Positions 1 through 11,303 are shown, counted from the first letter of the stretch. The stretch: 64,000 nt of DNA from Promethearchaeota archaeon (GCA_048938005.1 JBHLMQ010000003.1:96001-160000); one strand, 5' to 3'. Made by a program: numbers and translations. The notes: generated by a model not told the origin, from the sequence alone.

Positions 1-2
1 TT

Positions 3-449
3 TTATTTTTGAGTTTTATATGCTTTTGCACAATGTTTGCAACAGAAATTGAACTCCTTCCCTTTAATTACTTCGCTATAATAATCATCGTATAGTTTAA
101 CACCACAACTTGCACAGATTTTTAATTTTGATTGAATTGCAGCCTCAATTAGATTATTAAATCGCGAGAAAATACGATCAGTAAATTCCGATCCTTCAGG
201 AGTTATTCTGAATCCTTGTGCTCTTTTTGATTTTGGTGTAGGGATATCCTTAATGTATCCTTCAGCTCTTAATTGCTTTAAAAAATCGTAAACATAAGTA
301 GGACTAGCGATTGTGCCTAGGTCTTTTTCAAGTCGCTTTATTATAGAATATCCTGTAATTTTTTTTTCTGATTTTAATAACATTAGTATATAAAATCTGG
401 TTAGACTTTGAATTTTAATTTCATGTTCCTCACCCATTCTTAAAATCAC
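3..449 (-). CDS. PadR-family wHTH transcriptional regulator with C-terminal TRASH metal-binding domain (probable copper sensor)
   Basis: PadR-like N-terminus (ITGYSIIKRL...YVYDFLKQLRAEGYI); C-terminal CASCG...FCCKHC TRASH motif; divergent from the copA locus. The real start may be the ATG at ~437. Confidence 0.8.
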   Translation of the reverse strand: MILRMGEEHEIKIQSLTRFYILMLLKSEKKITGYSIIKRLEKDLGTIASPTYVYDFLKQLRAEGYIKDIPTPKSKRAQGFRITPEGSEFTDRIFSRFNNLIEAAIQSKLKICASCGVKLYDDYYSEVIKGKEFNFCCKHCAKAYKTQK

Positions 450-522
450 CTCATCATTCTAATAAATAATGAATTAGTAAATTATAAAAATGTTGTATAT
501 ATTTTATAATAAATATACTTAA

Positions 523-544
523 ATATATACTATCCAGTATATAT
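523..544. promoter_or_regulatory. Perfect 9-bp inverted repeat ATATATACT-atcc-AGTATATAT; candidate operator of the PadR-TRASH regulator
   Basis: Palindrome read directly from the divergent intergenic region between the regulator and the copper genes; function inferred. Confidence 0.4.
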
Positions 545-622
545 ATTAGATTTTAAAAATTAATTTAATTACTTAGAGTTGATTGAATTATATTTGATGA
601 TGGATTTGATTTTGGGCATCAC

Positions 623-904
623 ATGATGGATTGGGATCTTGGAAATTGGATCTTTATTATATTTGGAGCGGGAATAATTCTTTTGATAACAATTTTTTTA
701 ATTTTTCTCTTAGTCTCAAAGTCTAACCATAAATCTTCTCAAAATACCATTCAAAAACAAGAACAAGGTAAAATTAATGAACATAAAATTTCGAGAGACC
801 TAAGAGAATTTAAAAGCCAAAAAGCAAATTATTGTCATAGTTGTGGAAAAAAATTGGATAATAGTCCATCAACATATTGTCCATATTGCGGAGTGAAAAT
901 TTAA
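623..904 (+). CDS. Small membrane protein with one TM helix and a C-terminal double zinc ribbon
   Basis: Hydrophobic helix, then CHSCG...CPYCG; lies upstream of copA. Confidence 0.7.
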   Translation: MMDWDLGNWIFIIFGAGIILLITIFLIFLLVSKSNHKSSQNTIQKQEQGKINEHKISRDLREFKSQKANYCHSCGKKLDNSPSTYCPYCGVKI

Positions 905-1068
905 GTTATAAATAAAATGTGGAAACATCAACTTAAATAATTATAAAGATATTTTTTTAAAATCCATAATTGGGAAATCAAATTCCAAAATAAATTTACA
1001 AATTATAATCAAAACTTATAATTAAAATACGAAGTATAATTGATATGAGAATCTATTAGTGATTTTAT

Positions 1069-3966
1069 ATGAGTGAAACCAAAGAAAATGTAAATATAAA
1101 ACTTGGAGGAATGACATGTGCAAATTGTGCCCTAAAGATTGAAAATAAATTGAATAATCTTGAGGGCGTTAACAAAGCTGTAGTTAATTTTGCTAATGAA
1201 GAAGCGACCGTTGAATATAACCCAAATACTACTAATTTCAGTGATTTTAAAGAAGCAATTCGAGATCTTGGATATAAAGCGTCCTTAGCTAAAATTGATC
1301 TGAAAGTTCTTGATAAGCTTCCGGAAAATGAATTTGAAAATTTTATTAGTAGGATCAAAGAAATTAAAGGAATTTTTGAAATAAGAGGGAATTTTAAAGC
1401 ATCCAAAATGTTCATTGAATTCAATGAATCACTTATTGATGAAAATGGTGTTTATTCTAAAATTAAACAATTGGGATATAAAATTGAGAAGTCTGCCGGA
1501 GCTATGGATATGGAAATCATAAAACATAAGAAAGAAATGAGGTATCGATTACGCATTATGGTGGTTTCCCTTATGTTTTCTCTAATAATTACACCAATAA
1601 GTTGGTTTGTAGCAGATTCGTTTGAACGAAATTTACTCCTTTTCTTTTTAGCTGGAGCGAATTATTTCATTTCGGGATCATTTTTCTTGATAGGTGCGTA
1701 TAAATCCCTAAAAAATAAATCAACTAATATGGATGTATTAGTTGCCATAGGTACCACGACAGCATTTATCTATTCGATTTTAACGACTTTCTTAATCTCT
1801 GGGAAAACATTCTATGAAGCAATGAGTATGATTATCTCTTTCTTGTTGATTGGAAAATACCTTGAACATAGAACTAAAGGTCAGACATCTGAAGCTATTA
1901 AAAAATTGATTGGATTACAACCAAAATCCGCTACAATTTTAAAAGGTGGACAGGAAATTGAAATCCCTATCGAAGAAATTGAAGTAGGGGATGTGTTAAT
2001 TGTTAGACCAGGTGAAAAGATCCCTGTTGATGGGAGAATAATCGAAGGTAAATCGAAAGTTGATGAATCAATGATTACTGGTGAAAGTAAATATGTTAAA
2101 AAAGAAATTGATAGTGAAGTTATTGGTGCAACGGTTAATCAAACGGGTTTAATTCATATGAAAGCTGAAAAAATAGGAAAAGATACATTATTATTTCAAA
2201 TAATTGATTTTGTAAAGCAAGCTCAAAGCAGAAAAGCTGCTAAACAACAATTAGCTGATAAAGTAAGTAATTATTTTGTACCAATAGTGATAATTATCGC
2301 TATAAGCGCATTTATTTTTTGGTTTTTCGTTGGTCCGCAAATATACCCTGTACTTCAATCTACAAGACTAGAAACATCCTTACTTGTATTTACTTCCGTT
2401 GTAGTTATTGCATGTCCTTGTGCCTTAGGGCTTGCAATTCCAACAGCTGTAATGGTTGGTACAGGTAAAGGTGCTGAAAATGGTCTTTTAATTAAAGGTG
2501 GGGATTCTCTTGAATCAATCAATACTATAAACACTATTGTGTTTGATAAGACAGGAACTTTAACTGTTGGCAAACCAAAAGTTTCAGTTTTGTTTACTGA
2601 AAATGATTTATGGGGAAGCGGTTATGATGAAAATAAACTATTATTTTATGCTGGGAGTGCAGAAATGGGCTCCGAACATCCACTTGGTAGAGCCATTATT
2701 GAGGAAGCAAATCAAAGAGGTTTATCTCTTGAATCTCCAACCGATTTTGAAGCTATTCCAGGAAAAGGAATTAAAACTAATATTAATGGAAAGATAGTTG
2801 TAATCGGAAATGACAAATTGATGATGGATTATAATTTCTCAATTGAAGAATATAAAATTAAATTCAGTGAATTTCAGCAACAAGGGATAACTACTATTTT
2901 AATAAGTATTGATGATGCTATTAGGGGAATTATAGGGATTTCAGATAAAATTAAAGATCAAGCACCTTATGCTTTAGATAAATTAAGGGAAATTGGATTA
3001 GATATTTACATGCTAACTGGCGATACCCTGCAAACAGCATTAAGTATTGGAAGCCAACTAAAATTAGATGAACAGCATATTCTAGCAGAAGTTCTCCCTA
3101 ATGAGAAAGCTTTAACTATTCAAAAACTCCAAGAATCTGGGGATCATAAAATTGTTGGGATGGTGGGAGATGGAATAAACGATGCTCCTGCATTAGCTCA
3201 AGCAGATGTAGGGATTGCGATTGGATCTGGAACCGATGTGGCTATTGAGACAGCAGATATCGTACTTATGAGAGGAGATGTGAGAAATGTTGTATCCGCT
3301 ATTAATTTATCTAAGAAAACTTACAAAAAGATGATAACAAATTTATTCTGGGCATTTATATATAATATTATTGGAATTCCAATTGCTGCTGGAGTTTTAT
3401 ACAGTTTAGCAGGATTGTTCTTACCTCCATACTTAGCAGCAGTTTTTATGGCTACTAGTTCAGTTTCAGTAGTTACAAATGCCTTATTCTTAAAGAGATA
3501 TGAACCAAAAACACCTCAACAATTAGAAGAAGAACGATTGTTGATTTCTCAAGAGAAAGTTACCGATCCAGTATGTGGAATGAAAATTGATCCAAGACGC
3601 GCGATTGAATATGAATATGAAGGTAAAATTTATCATTTTTGTAGTTCAAACTGTGAAGCTCACTTTAAACGAGAACCTGAAAGATTTAAAAATTATGATG
3701 CAATGGATCCAAAATTAATGCAAATGAAGAATAATGATGAGGATAAAATAGAAGGAATTAATAATAAGAATATAATGAAAAAAGAGGAGGAAAAAAATAT
3801 GGGTAAATTAAAATGTGTGGAATGTGGACTAGAACAAGAACTTCCAATGCATTGTGGACAAGCAATGCATAAGGAAGGTGATCAATTAGTCTGTTGGATG
3901 GGAGCCAGTTGTGGAGCTCAACCAATCCCAGAACATCACGGAAAGCCTATGGATGTTATTGAATAA
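1069..3966 (+). CDS. copA: Cu(I)-translocating P1B-type ATPase with N-terminal HMA domain, C-terminal YHS domain and an extra Cys/His-rich tail
   Basis: [38 protein letters not shown] and MATSS motifs; DPVCGM...FCSSNC YHS domain. Confidence 0.95.
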   Translation: MSETKENVNIKLGGMTCANCALKIENKLNNLEGVNKAVVNFANEEATVEYNPNTTNFSDFKEAIRDLGYKASLAKIDLKVLDKLPENEFENFISRIKEIKGIFEIRGNFKASKMFIEFNESLIDENGVYSKIKQLGYKIEKSAGAMDMEIIKHKKEMRYRLRIMVVSLMFSLIITPISWFVADSFERNLLLFFLAGANYFISGSFFLIGAYKSLKNKSTNMDVLVAIGTTTAFIYSILTTFLISGKTFYEAMSMIISFLLIGKYLEHRTKGQTSEAIKKLIGLQPKSATILKGGQEIEIPIEEIEVGDVLIVRPGEKIPVDGRIIEGKSKVDESMITGESKYVKKEIDSEVIGATVNQTGLIHMKAEKIGKDTLLFQIIDFVKQAQSRKAAKQQLADKVSNYFVPIVIIIAISAFIFWFFVGPQIYPVLQSTRLETSLLVFTSVVVIACPCALGLAIPTAVMVGTGKGAENGLLIKGGDSLESINTINTIVFDKTGTLTVGKPKVSVLFTENDLWGSGYDENKLLFYAGSAEMGSEHPLGRAIIEEANQRGLSLESPTDFEAIPGKGIKTNINGKIVVIGNDKLMMDYNFSIEEYKIKFSEFQQQGITTILISIDDAIRGIIGISDKIKDQAPYALDKLREIGLDIYMLTGDTLQTALSIGSQLKLDEQHILAEVLPNEKALTIQKLQESGDHKIVGMVGDGINDAPALAQADVGIAIGSGTDVAIETADIVLMRGDVRNVVSAINLSKKTYKKMITNLFWAFIYNIIGIPIAAGVLYSLAGLFLPPYLAAVFMATSSVSVVTNALFLKRYEPKTPQQLEEERLLISQEKVTDPVCGMKIDPRRAIEYEYEGKIYHFCSSNCEAHFKREPERFKNYDAMDPKLMQMKNNDEDKIEGINNKNIMKKEEEKNMGKLKCVECGLEQELPMHCGQAMHKEGDQLVCWMGASCGAQPIPEHHGKPMDVIE

Positions 3967-3985
3967 AGTAAAATAATGAATTATC

Positions 3986-4168
3986 ATGGAAAAATTGAAA
4001 TTAGTATGTTGTAAATGCGGGAATGTGATGGAGACACTTCCCAGTAGTAGCCAAGATATTATTATCGATGAAGAGACAGGTGAGATGCTATACTGGAATG
4101 GAAAAAAATGTGGATATAGGACAATAGATTGCCTTGTTTGTGAAAAATGTCAAGAAAAAGGTTGTTAA
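3986..4168 (+). CDS. Small Cys-rich metal-binding protein, resembling the CopA C-terminal tail
   Basis: CCKCG...C...CLVCEKC; its start (KLKLVCCKCG) resembles the tail [10 protein letters not shown]. Confidence 0.6.
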   Translation: MEKLKLVCCKCGNVMETLPSSSQDIIIDEETGEMLYWNGKKCGYRTIDCLVCEKCQEKGC

Positions 4169-4267
4169 AACAGATTTTTTTTTAATTTTATAGTTTATAA
4201 AAAATAATATTTAAAATAATTCATACTTATTGAATTTTAAATAGATAATGAGCAAATTAGATGAATT

Positions 4268-5263
4268 ATGAGATATTATTCAAATATTTTAAAATTAATT
4301 GGCAAAACTCCTTTAGTTCGAATTAATGAGAGTAATCCAAATCCTAATGTGTTATTGTTAGCAAAGTTAGAGAAATATAATCCTGCTGGTTCAGTTAAAG
4401 ATAGAATTGCAATTACAATGATTGAAGAAGCTGAAAAAAAAGGTGAATTAACACCTGGAAAAATAGTGATAGAGCCCAGCAGTGGGAATACAGGTATTGG
4501 GCTTTCCTTAATTTGTGCTGTAAAAGGATATCCTTTAGAAATTGTCATGCCTGAAACGATGTCTGTAGAAAGACGTAAAATAATGACTGCTTATGGGGCA
4601 AAAATAACATTAACTCCTGGCGATAAAGGGATGGATGGTGCACAAGATTATGTAAAGGAGATAGTAGAACAAGATCCTGATAAATACTTTTTTCCTAATC
4701 AATTTGCCAATGAAAATAATCCTATAGCTCATTACAGGTATACTGCTGAAGAAATTATTGAAGATACTGATGGAAAACTAGATATATTTGTAGCTGGTCT
4801 TGGAACATCTGGAACTCTAATGGGTGTTTCGAGAAGATTAAAGGAATTCAATCCTAAAATAAAAATAATAGCTGTAGAACCAGATCCAGAAGAGCCTATC
4901 CAAGGATTAAAAAGCCTAAAAACATCTTATATACCTGAAATATACGATGAATCTCAAATAGATGAAAAGATATACGTAAAGATACAAGATGCCGAACATG
5001 CTTCCCGGATGCTCGCCTTGCAAGAAGGAATTTTTACAGGAATAAGTTCTGGTGCTGCAATGCATGTTGCTATTAACATAGCAAGCAAAATGAAATTTGG
5101 TACATTAGTTGTGTTATTACCCGATGGTGGAGAAAAATATATATCTCATCCTATTTTTGCTCCAGAGAAATGCCTAGAATGCACTAAGAAATGTAAAATA
5201 ACGACATTATGGGATGAAAAGTATATTGCATCCATTTCAGATTGGTGGGAAAAAAGTCAATAA
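4268..5263 (+). CDS. cysK: Cysteine synthase (PLP-dependent, CysK/CysM family)
   Basis: IGKTPLV, NPAGSVKDR (PLP lysine), SSGNTG, GLGTSGT, GISSGA. Confidence 0.9.
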   Translation: MRYYSNILKLIGKTPLVRINESNPNPNVLLLAKLEKYNPAGSVKDRIAITMIEEAEKKGELTPGKIVIEPSSGNTGIGLSLICAVKGYPLEIVMPETMSVERRKIMTAYGAKITLTPGDKGMDGAQDYVKEIVEQDPDKYFFPNQFANENNPIAHYRYTAEEIIEDTDGKLDIFVAGLGTSGTLMGVSRRLKEFNPKIKIIAVEPDPEEPIQGLKSLKTSYIPEIYDESQIDEKIYVKIQDAEHASRMLALQEGIFTGISSGAAMHVAINIASKMKFGTLVVLLPDGGEKYISHPIFAPEKCLECTKKCKITTLWDEKYIASISDWWEKSQ

Positions 5264-5362
5264 ATTTTTCCTTCATTTTTCTTGATTATAATGTTTATGT
5301 GTTCTCAATAGTGGATCTTAAGATTTATAGATTTAAAGATTTTTTGAACTTCTTAAAGCTTA

Positions 5363-7819
5363 TTATTCTTCGAATACGCTCTTCCATCTATCTAACTGCT
5401 TTAATAATTTTTGTGTATTAGGAACACGATTTATTTGCTCAGCATACATTGGATAATGTTTATGCAATATATTCAATAGATTAATCCAAGTTTTTTGACT
5501 TTCTGTTTTATTAGGGATTTCCTTTTTTAATTGAAAGATGATTCTTTTTTCTTTTTTAGTTTTTAGGGCCGTTAAAAAGTTTTTAGTAACAAATATTCTA
5601 AAACTGGAATATTCCTCGGGTCTAAATGCTGCTAATGAATAAATTATGCTTTCATCAGCATATGGGAAAAATTTAATCTTTTTATCTTCAGGCTCATCTG
5701 GATTATCAATTAAGGCAAGTTCTATATCAACATTACCAATATCTTCTAAGATTAAGTAGAATTCACCAGGATTAATATTTAATTTTCGTTCAATTTGACT
5801 TGTAATCTCAGATATTGGAAAGTGAAAATCTTGTATTTTTTCAGGATTTTCAATTCGGTAAAGATATTCTTTTTTGATCACTTGTATAATTTGATCCTTT
5901 AATTCTTTAGAAAAATCTTCCGTTGTAAAAGAAATCTGTGTTTCTTTTAATTTCTGTCGAAATAATTCTTTATCTCTTTGTTTTTTATTGTAATCAATAC
6001 TAAGTGAAGACAAAAATCTATCTGTGGGTTGATCCATCTCCGTACTCTTAATTAATCTACTAGATTTACTATCCTTTTCCCTCGCTCTTTCGAATATCCT
6101 TTCACTTAGATATTTTCTAGCTTTCTTTTGAGCAACACCTTTTTTTTCAAAACGTTCAGTCACGGATACAAAATCAATCATTTTTACAGGTTTCTCCAGT
6201 TCTTTTTTTTCTTCCTTAATCAAAATGTCCATATCTTTCCTTGCTAATTTCTCAAGAAGTGCATAGACATTACCTTTTGATAATTGAGTTGCTTTAATCA
6301 ATTCTCGCTCAATTATTGCAATTGGAAAAGCTTCACCTCTTCTAATATATTCACTTCTTATAATTTTATATATCTTATCGATGCTTCTTTCCTCTTCATC
6401 AACAATTTCTTTTTGTAATCTCATAAACATTGAGGTTTCCCGAGGTTTAAGATAATAGACTAGCAATGTACTACCTAAGAAAAAAATCATGAGCACTGAA
6501 ACAATATACTTATCACCCATTAATACAACACCTATATCAGTTATAACTTGATTAGGTATTTGATTCGCAAGAGAAAAACGTGTTAATGTTTGAGCAAATA
6601 CACAAGCTAAACATAACAAAATCAAACCGTCTTTTTTAAAGAATAGTATGCGCCATCCTAAAGTTTTACCAGTTTTTCGAATAATACGATACAAAAAGTA
6701 CATAGATACAATAAACTCAAATATAAAAACGTAAGAAACAGCTGAACCTGTTGCGCCTATTGATGCTTTAAAAGCATTGATTGTAGGATCTTGAAGCAAC
6801 ATATAAATACTAATTTCCAAAATTTGAAAGAAAAAGATAAATAATACTATCAAAGAAAACGTAAAATTATCGAATGTTCCTGCTCTTTTAGTTTCAGCGC
6901 GTCTTCTAGTAAATACAAATTCAAAAATAATAAACATTAATGTCATTACTAAACTAAAATAGATCAGTGGCATAACTACACGCATTTCTAGATTATATAC
7001 TTTAACAGCGCTACTAGGATTAAATAAACTAAAAAAATCTAAAGATAACCATACTAAAAAACTCCTATAAAACAATGAAAGTATAACAAGAACGCCTAAA
7101 ATAAAAAAAGGAATAATAATTGCCAGCCCATATCGAGGAATTGAATACTTTTTTATGAATCTTGCTTCTATTTTTGTTGAAAATTTCCTTGAATAGATAT
7201 AGAACCGACTACTCAATAAAATTAACCAGATCATCGCTAATGTTAATAAGTAAGTCATAAAGTTAATATTGGTTGAGGCATATAAAAAAAGGGAGTATAA
7301 TAATGAAATAAGACCACAATATAATATGAATTGTTTAATAGCAGTTTTTTTTTCAAAAATAAAGATTCGCACTTTATCAATACTAAATAAAATGGATAAA
7401 ACCATAAAAAATGCTACAATTGTATTTGAAAACGCAAAAGGGTTGCCAAACATTAAAATGTTAATCCAATTGCTTCCTGGAAGGTTAATTGCTATAATTA
7501 AAATTAGAGAATAAACTATAAATATTCCATATAATCCATAAAACTTTTTTTCAAAAGAATATGACGGTGGTACTTGACCGTCTACATACACCTCCTGATG
7601 GATGATTTTATTGTAAAAACCAGTTTTGATTTTGGATTTAAAAGCGCTCACCTTCGCCCTTTGTCTTGAAGAAAGATGTTTAACCTTATTCTTAACCCCT
7701 ATTCTTCTGAGTTTTGAAGTTTTTGATAATTTTAATTTCTTTAATTTCTCTTGTTTTTTTTTGGTCTCTTGTTCAGAACCATTTGACTTTTTTGAAGAAT
7801 TAGATTGCTTACCAGACAT
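5363..7819 (-). CDS. Large multi-pass membrane protein with a cytoplasmic C-terminal region containing two wHTH-like repeats
   Basis: About 10 hydrophobic segments (aa ~90-460); basic N-terminus; duplicated I..II+.EY.R...FPI..I motif in the C-terminal part. Confidence 0.7.
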   Translation of the reverse strand: MSGKQSNSSKKSNGSEQETKKKQEKLKKLKLSKTSKLRRIGVKNKVKHLSSRQRAKVSAFKSKIKTGFYNKIIHQEVYVDGQVPPSYSFEKKFYGLYGIFIVYSLILIIAINLPGSNWINILMFGNPFAFSNTIVAFFMVLSILFSIDKVRIFIFEKKTAIKQFILYCGLISLLYSLFLYASTNINFMTYLLTLAMIWLILLSSRFYIYSRKFSTKIEARFIKKYSIPRYGLAIIIPFFILGVLVILSLFYRSFLVWLSLDFFSLFNPSSAVKVYNLEMRVVMPLIYFSLVMTLMFIIFEFVFTRRRAETKRAGTFDNFTFSLIVLFIFFFQILEISIYMLLQDPTINAFKASIGATGSAVSYVFIFEFIVSMYFLYRIIRKTGKTLGWRILFFKKDGLILLCLACVFAQTLTRFSLANQIPNQVITDIGVVLMGDKYIVSVLMIFFLGSTLLVYYLKPRETSMFMRLQKEIVDEEERSIDKIYKIIRSEYIRRGEAFPIAIIERELIKATQLSKGNVYALLEKLARKDMDILIKEEKKELEKPVKMIDFVSVTERFEKKGVAQKKARKYLSERIFERAREKDSKSSRLIKSTEMDQPTDRFLSSLSIDYNKKQRDKELFRQKLKETQISFTTEDFSKELKDQIIQVIKKEYLYRIENPEKIQDFHFPISEITSQIERKLNINPGEFYLILEDIGNVDIELALIDNPDEPEDKKIKFFPYADESIIYSLAAFRPEEYSSFRIFVTKNFLTALKTKKEKRIIFQLKKEIPNKTESQKTWINLLNILHKHYPMYAEQINRVPNTQKLLKQLDRWKSVFEE

Positions 7820-8136
7820 TTTTAAAATAAAAATGTTGTTATTATTATATCTTGTATATGAGAACTTTTAAAATTTCATAATACAAGAGGTTATAAATAT
7901 TACATTAATTGAACTAAGATTCATCTGTCTATTTTATAGGATTGAAAAAAAATAACAAGTCCCGATATCTATTGTTTTAGAAGCACAAGTTATTTTTCAA
8001 ATATATCAGATTGTAAATTTTGAGTGTGAATAGACTTATAAAAAGGTATCAAGTAATAATTTAAATTCTTGATGTAAATTTTAAAAATATTCGAATATAA
8101 CTTTAAATATAGTCATTTCATTTTCTTATCTTAGAT

Positions 8137-8415
8137 ATGCAAAAAAATAAAGTAGAAAACCGAGAAAAACTTATTCAATTAGTTAAAAGAGGTATTGAAC
8201 TACTCTGTGAAAAAAATATCTCAAGTGTAGTTATTCTCTCTTCTTATAAAATTAATTCGGTTTTGAAAGAGTATTATGGTATCAATTTGAAGGTTGACAA
8301 AATAGGTAGAATATTAAGTACAGTAGCGAAATTAAATGAATTAAAAAGATTAAATACAAATATTCCTAAATATAAATTACACATTTCGAGAGTTTCTAGT
8401 CTACAATTCTTTTGA
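8137..8415 (+). CDS. Small basic hypothetical protein, possible wHTH
   Basis: 92-aa ORF with a helix-turn-helix-like pattern (SSYKINSVL...KIGRILS). Confidence 0.5.
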   Translation: MQKNKVENREKLIQLVKRGIELLCEKNISSVVILSSYKINSVLKEYYGINLKVDKIGRILSTVAKLNELKRLNTNIPKYKLHISRVSSLQFF

Positions 8416-8423
8416 TTTCTCGT

Positions 8424-9824
8424 TTAAGTTAAATTCCGAAAATCTGTAATTATTTTTTGGAGTTTCTCAAGTAAAATCTTTATTTCTGAATTGTATTCTT
8501 TGAAGGGTTCTAATTGTGTGCTCAACTTCTCGACTTTTTCATTAATATTTGTCTGTAGTGGTGTAATTGAATTTTCAATCTTTTTTTCAATATCTTGAGC
8601 GATATTATTTACCTGATTATCGGTTGTAGCTATAAATGTCTGGAGATTCTTTATTGTTTCTTCAATATTTAAATTTGTTTCCATAGTTTCTTCGAATTTT
8701 TCCCTTGTTGAGTTAACTATAGTTTCCATCTCGTTATTTAGATTTTTAATATTCTTATCAATGAGAGTATTTAGTTTATTAATAAGATTATCTTTTGCTT
8801 TGGAGATGTCTTCCGTGAAACCTTTATTATCTTCGATTCGCTTTTCTACATATTTAGAAATGGTATTTTTAAACTCATTTGTAGTATCATTCAAAGTCTT
8901 TTTAAACCAATTATCTACTTTCACAAGTCCAGATGATATTGCCTCTCTCATTTTATTCACAGCTTTACTTATGTATTCAGTTCCTTTAGAAGTACCTTGA
9001 GTTATATCATCAATCCAATCTCCCATTTGAGTCGTAATCATATCCATCAACATTTCAGAAAATCTTTCTGAACCACGTTGAAAACTAGAAATTATTGGTT
9101 TTATTTGCTGATACTTTTCTATTTCTTCTTCACTTAGTCCAGCTTCATCAGATATTGGGATTTCTTGTAACTCTCCTGGAACTTGCTCTACAAATTCATT
9201 TATTTCCTTAATAAGGACAGGGGTCTTTTTCTGAAAATCCTCTAAAAATTTTTGAACCCATTTAAAATATTCTAATGTGTCTGGTATTTCAATTTCAAAT
9301 GATACTGTATGATATTTTTCTGGTTTAGAATAATCATCTAGCCTATAAATTTCAAATCCAAGATTCCCATCTTTCCCCATAAGAGTGTGATCAAACACAA
9401 TAGCAAAACCGTTTGGAAATTTTTCATTTTGAAAAAACTGTAAATTCTTTAAATCACTTTCTGATAAATACAATCCCCATGAAGGATGAGAATGATAATA
9501 TCCAATTAAATCTGATGAATATTTCTTCCCAATCTGGCTAAATAATTCATAAGCATCTTTATCAAAACCAATTTCTACTTTATCTCCGTGAATTATTGGT
9601 ACAGCATTTTCTATTATAATTTTATCATCATTAGAATCATATTTTCCTACACAGATTCCCATTACTTCTACACTTTTTTCTAAATTATGACTCCCAAAAC
9701 GTAGAACATGGGTAATCATATTTCTGAAAGCCTCTTTTTTAATGAATACTAGCCCTTTATCAAATTTATTCTCATCATTTATATCTTTTTGATTTGAGTT
9801 ACTATCTAATTTTTCTTCGACCAT
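8424..9824 (-). CDS. JAMM/MPN+ metalloprotease (Rpn11/CSN5-like) with long helical/coiled-coil C-terminus
   Basis: EVMG...GYYHSHPSWGLYLSESD, intact JAMM motif. Confidence 0.85.
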   Translation of the reverse strand: MVEEKLDSNSNQKDINDENKFDKGLVFIKKEAFRNMITHVLRFGSHNLEKSVEVMGICVGKYDSNDDKIIIENAVPIIHGDKVEIGFDKDAYELFSQIGKKYSSDLIGYYHSHPSWGLYLSESDLKNLQFFQNEKFPNGFAIVFDHTLMGKDGNLGFEIYRLDDYSKPEKYHTVSFEIEIPDTLEYFKWVQKFLEDFQKKTPVLIKEINEFVEQVPGELQEIPISDEAGLSEEEIEKYQQIKPIISSFQRGSERFSEMLMDMITTQMGDWIDDITQGTSKGTEYISKAVNKMREAISSGLVKVDNWFKKTLNDTTNEFKNTISKYVEKRIEDNKGFTEDISKAKDNLINKLNTLIDKNIKNLNNEMETIVNSTREKFEETMETNLNIEETIKNLQTFIATTDNQVNNIAQDIEKKIENSITPLQTNINEKVEKLSTQLEPFKEYNSEIKILLEKLQKIITDFRNLT

Positions 9825-9830
9825 TTCTCC

Positions 9831-11303
9831 TTATTCCTCTCCTTTTTCTAATTTTTTTATCTTATTTGATAGATCTTGATTTTCCTTTTTTAATCCTATG
9901 ATGTTCTTTTGAAGGGTTTTGATTTCAATTTCTTGTGTATCTAGTTTGTTTTGTAATGGAGTCTTTGAGCTTTCTAATAATATTATTGCTGCTTTTAAGT
10001 CTGAAAGAAAACTTTTATTATCTTTATTTAAATTGATAAAATTTCCTATAACTTTATTAATATTTTTTATGAAATTTCCAGATAAATTTTCGAAACTTTC
10101 ATTTAATTTATTAAAGGTCAAGTCTTCTATTGAATTAATATTTTCTAATAAATTTTCTAAAACACTAATTTGTTTGTCCAAAATTTCAGAAGACCTTAAT
10201 CCTATACTATTAATTTCAGTTAATTTTTGCCCGTGTTTATCTAATAAATTTAAAATCTTTTTCAGATTATCTTCTAACTTTTCTCCGAATAATATATTAA
10301 ATTGTTCTTTAAGTTCAGTTTTAATTTTATCAAAGTATTCTCTGAAAAATTCCTGATCAGAGTCAAATTCTTCGAATCTATCATCAATATACATATCTAA
10401 TTCATTTAATTTTTCCTTTAATGCAAATTTGAAATCTTTTTGTAAATTAGAGATTCCATCACCTAGATTTTCTTTTATTTTAATAATATCCTTTCTCATT
10501 TGCAGATTATTCTCAACAATATTATTAATCATACCTTCACTCCAAGAATTGAGAAATAATATAAATGGTGCAATAAAAAGTTCTAAAAAATTTGATACTC
10601 CATCTTTGAGAGTAGAAAGGATCTTTGCAGAATCTAATTCCGGTTTCTTTGAAAAAATTTGGCTTTCACTTGGAAAAACAATATCTCCAAACAAATCAGG
10701 CATTTCATTAATTTCTAAGATGGGAGATTCTTGCGAGTGAACACAATTAATTAATTCCATTAGTTTTATATAATATTCAATCTTATCTGGAGGTTCTACG
10801 GTGGTTTCTACTTCATGATAACCAGACATTTGACCCTTAGCAGGATTATCTAATCGAAATGTACGAAATCCCAAATCTCCAGGAGTTTCTAAATGAGTAT
10901 GATCAAATACAATACCAATTGCACTTGGATTTGGGGTTTGCCAACCAAGCTGATTGCGTACATCTGTTGAGGAAAAGAAAATATCTAACCCTGGATGCGA
11001 ATGAAACCATCCACAACTAAACCAATTATTTTCTGCATAAGCTGCATCAACCATAGAGAAGGTTACATAATCTTCCGGCTGGAAAGCGACTTCAATCGAA
11101 CTCCCATGCGAAATTGGAACAGCATCTTCAATAATAACATCTCTTATTCCTTTCTTATCTGGTTCTCCCTCAAGATGTCCTATTAAAATACCCATAACTT
11201 CTCTAAATTGTTTTCTATCTCTTACTTTATTACCAAACCGAAGGACATGTAGAAGCATTTTATAGTATGCTTCTGGTTTAATAATAACTGTTTTATCAGT
11301 CAA
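9831..11303 (-). CDS. JAMM/MPN+ metalloprotease (Rpn11/CSN5-like) with long coiled-coil C-terminus
   Basis: EVMGILIG...GWFHSHPGLDIFFSSTD...FRTFRL; TTG start 5 nt after GTGAT. Confidence 0.85.
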   Translation of the reverse strand: MTDKTVIIKPEAYYKMLLHVLRFGNKVRDRKQFREVMGILIGHLEGEPDKKGIRDVIIEDAVPISHGSSIEVAFQPEDYVTFSMVDAAYAENNWFSCGWFHSHPGLDIFFSSTDVRNQLGWQTPNPSAIGIVFDHTHLETPGDLGFRTFRLDNPAKGQMSGYHEVETTVEPPDKIEYYIKLMELINCVHSQESPILEINEMPDLFGDIVFPSESQIFSKKPELDSAKILSTLKDGVSNFLELFIAPFILFLNSWSEGMINNIVENNLQMRKDIIKIKENLGDGISNLQKDFKFALKEKLNELDMYIDDRFEEFDSDQEFFREYFDKIKTELKEQFNILFGEKLEDNLKKILNLLDKHGQKLTEINSIGLRSSEILDKQISVLENLLENINSIEDLTFNKLNESFENLSGNFIKNINKVIGNFINLNKDNKSFLSDLKAAIILLESSKTPLQNKLDTQEIEIKTLQKNIIGLKKENQDLSNKIKKLEKGEE

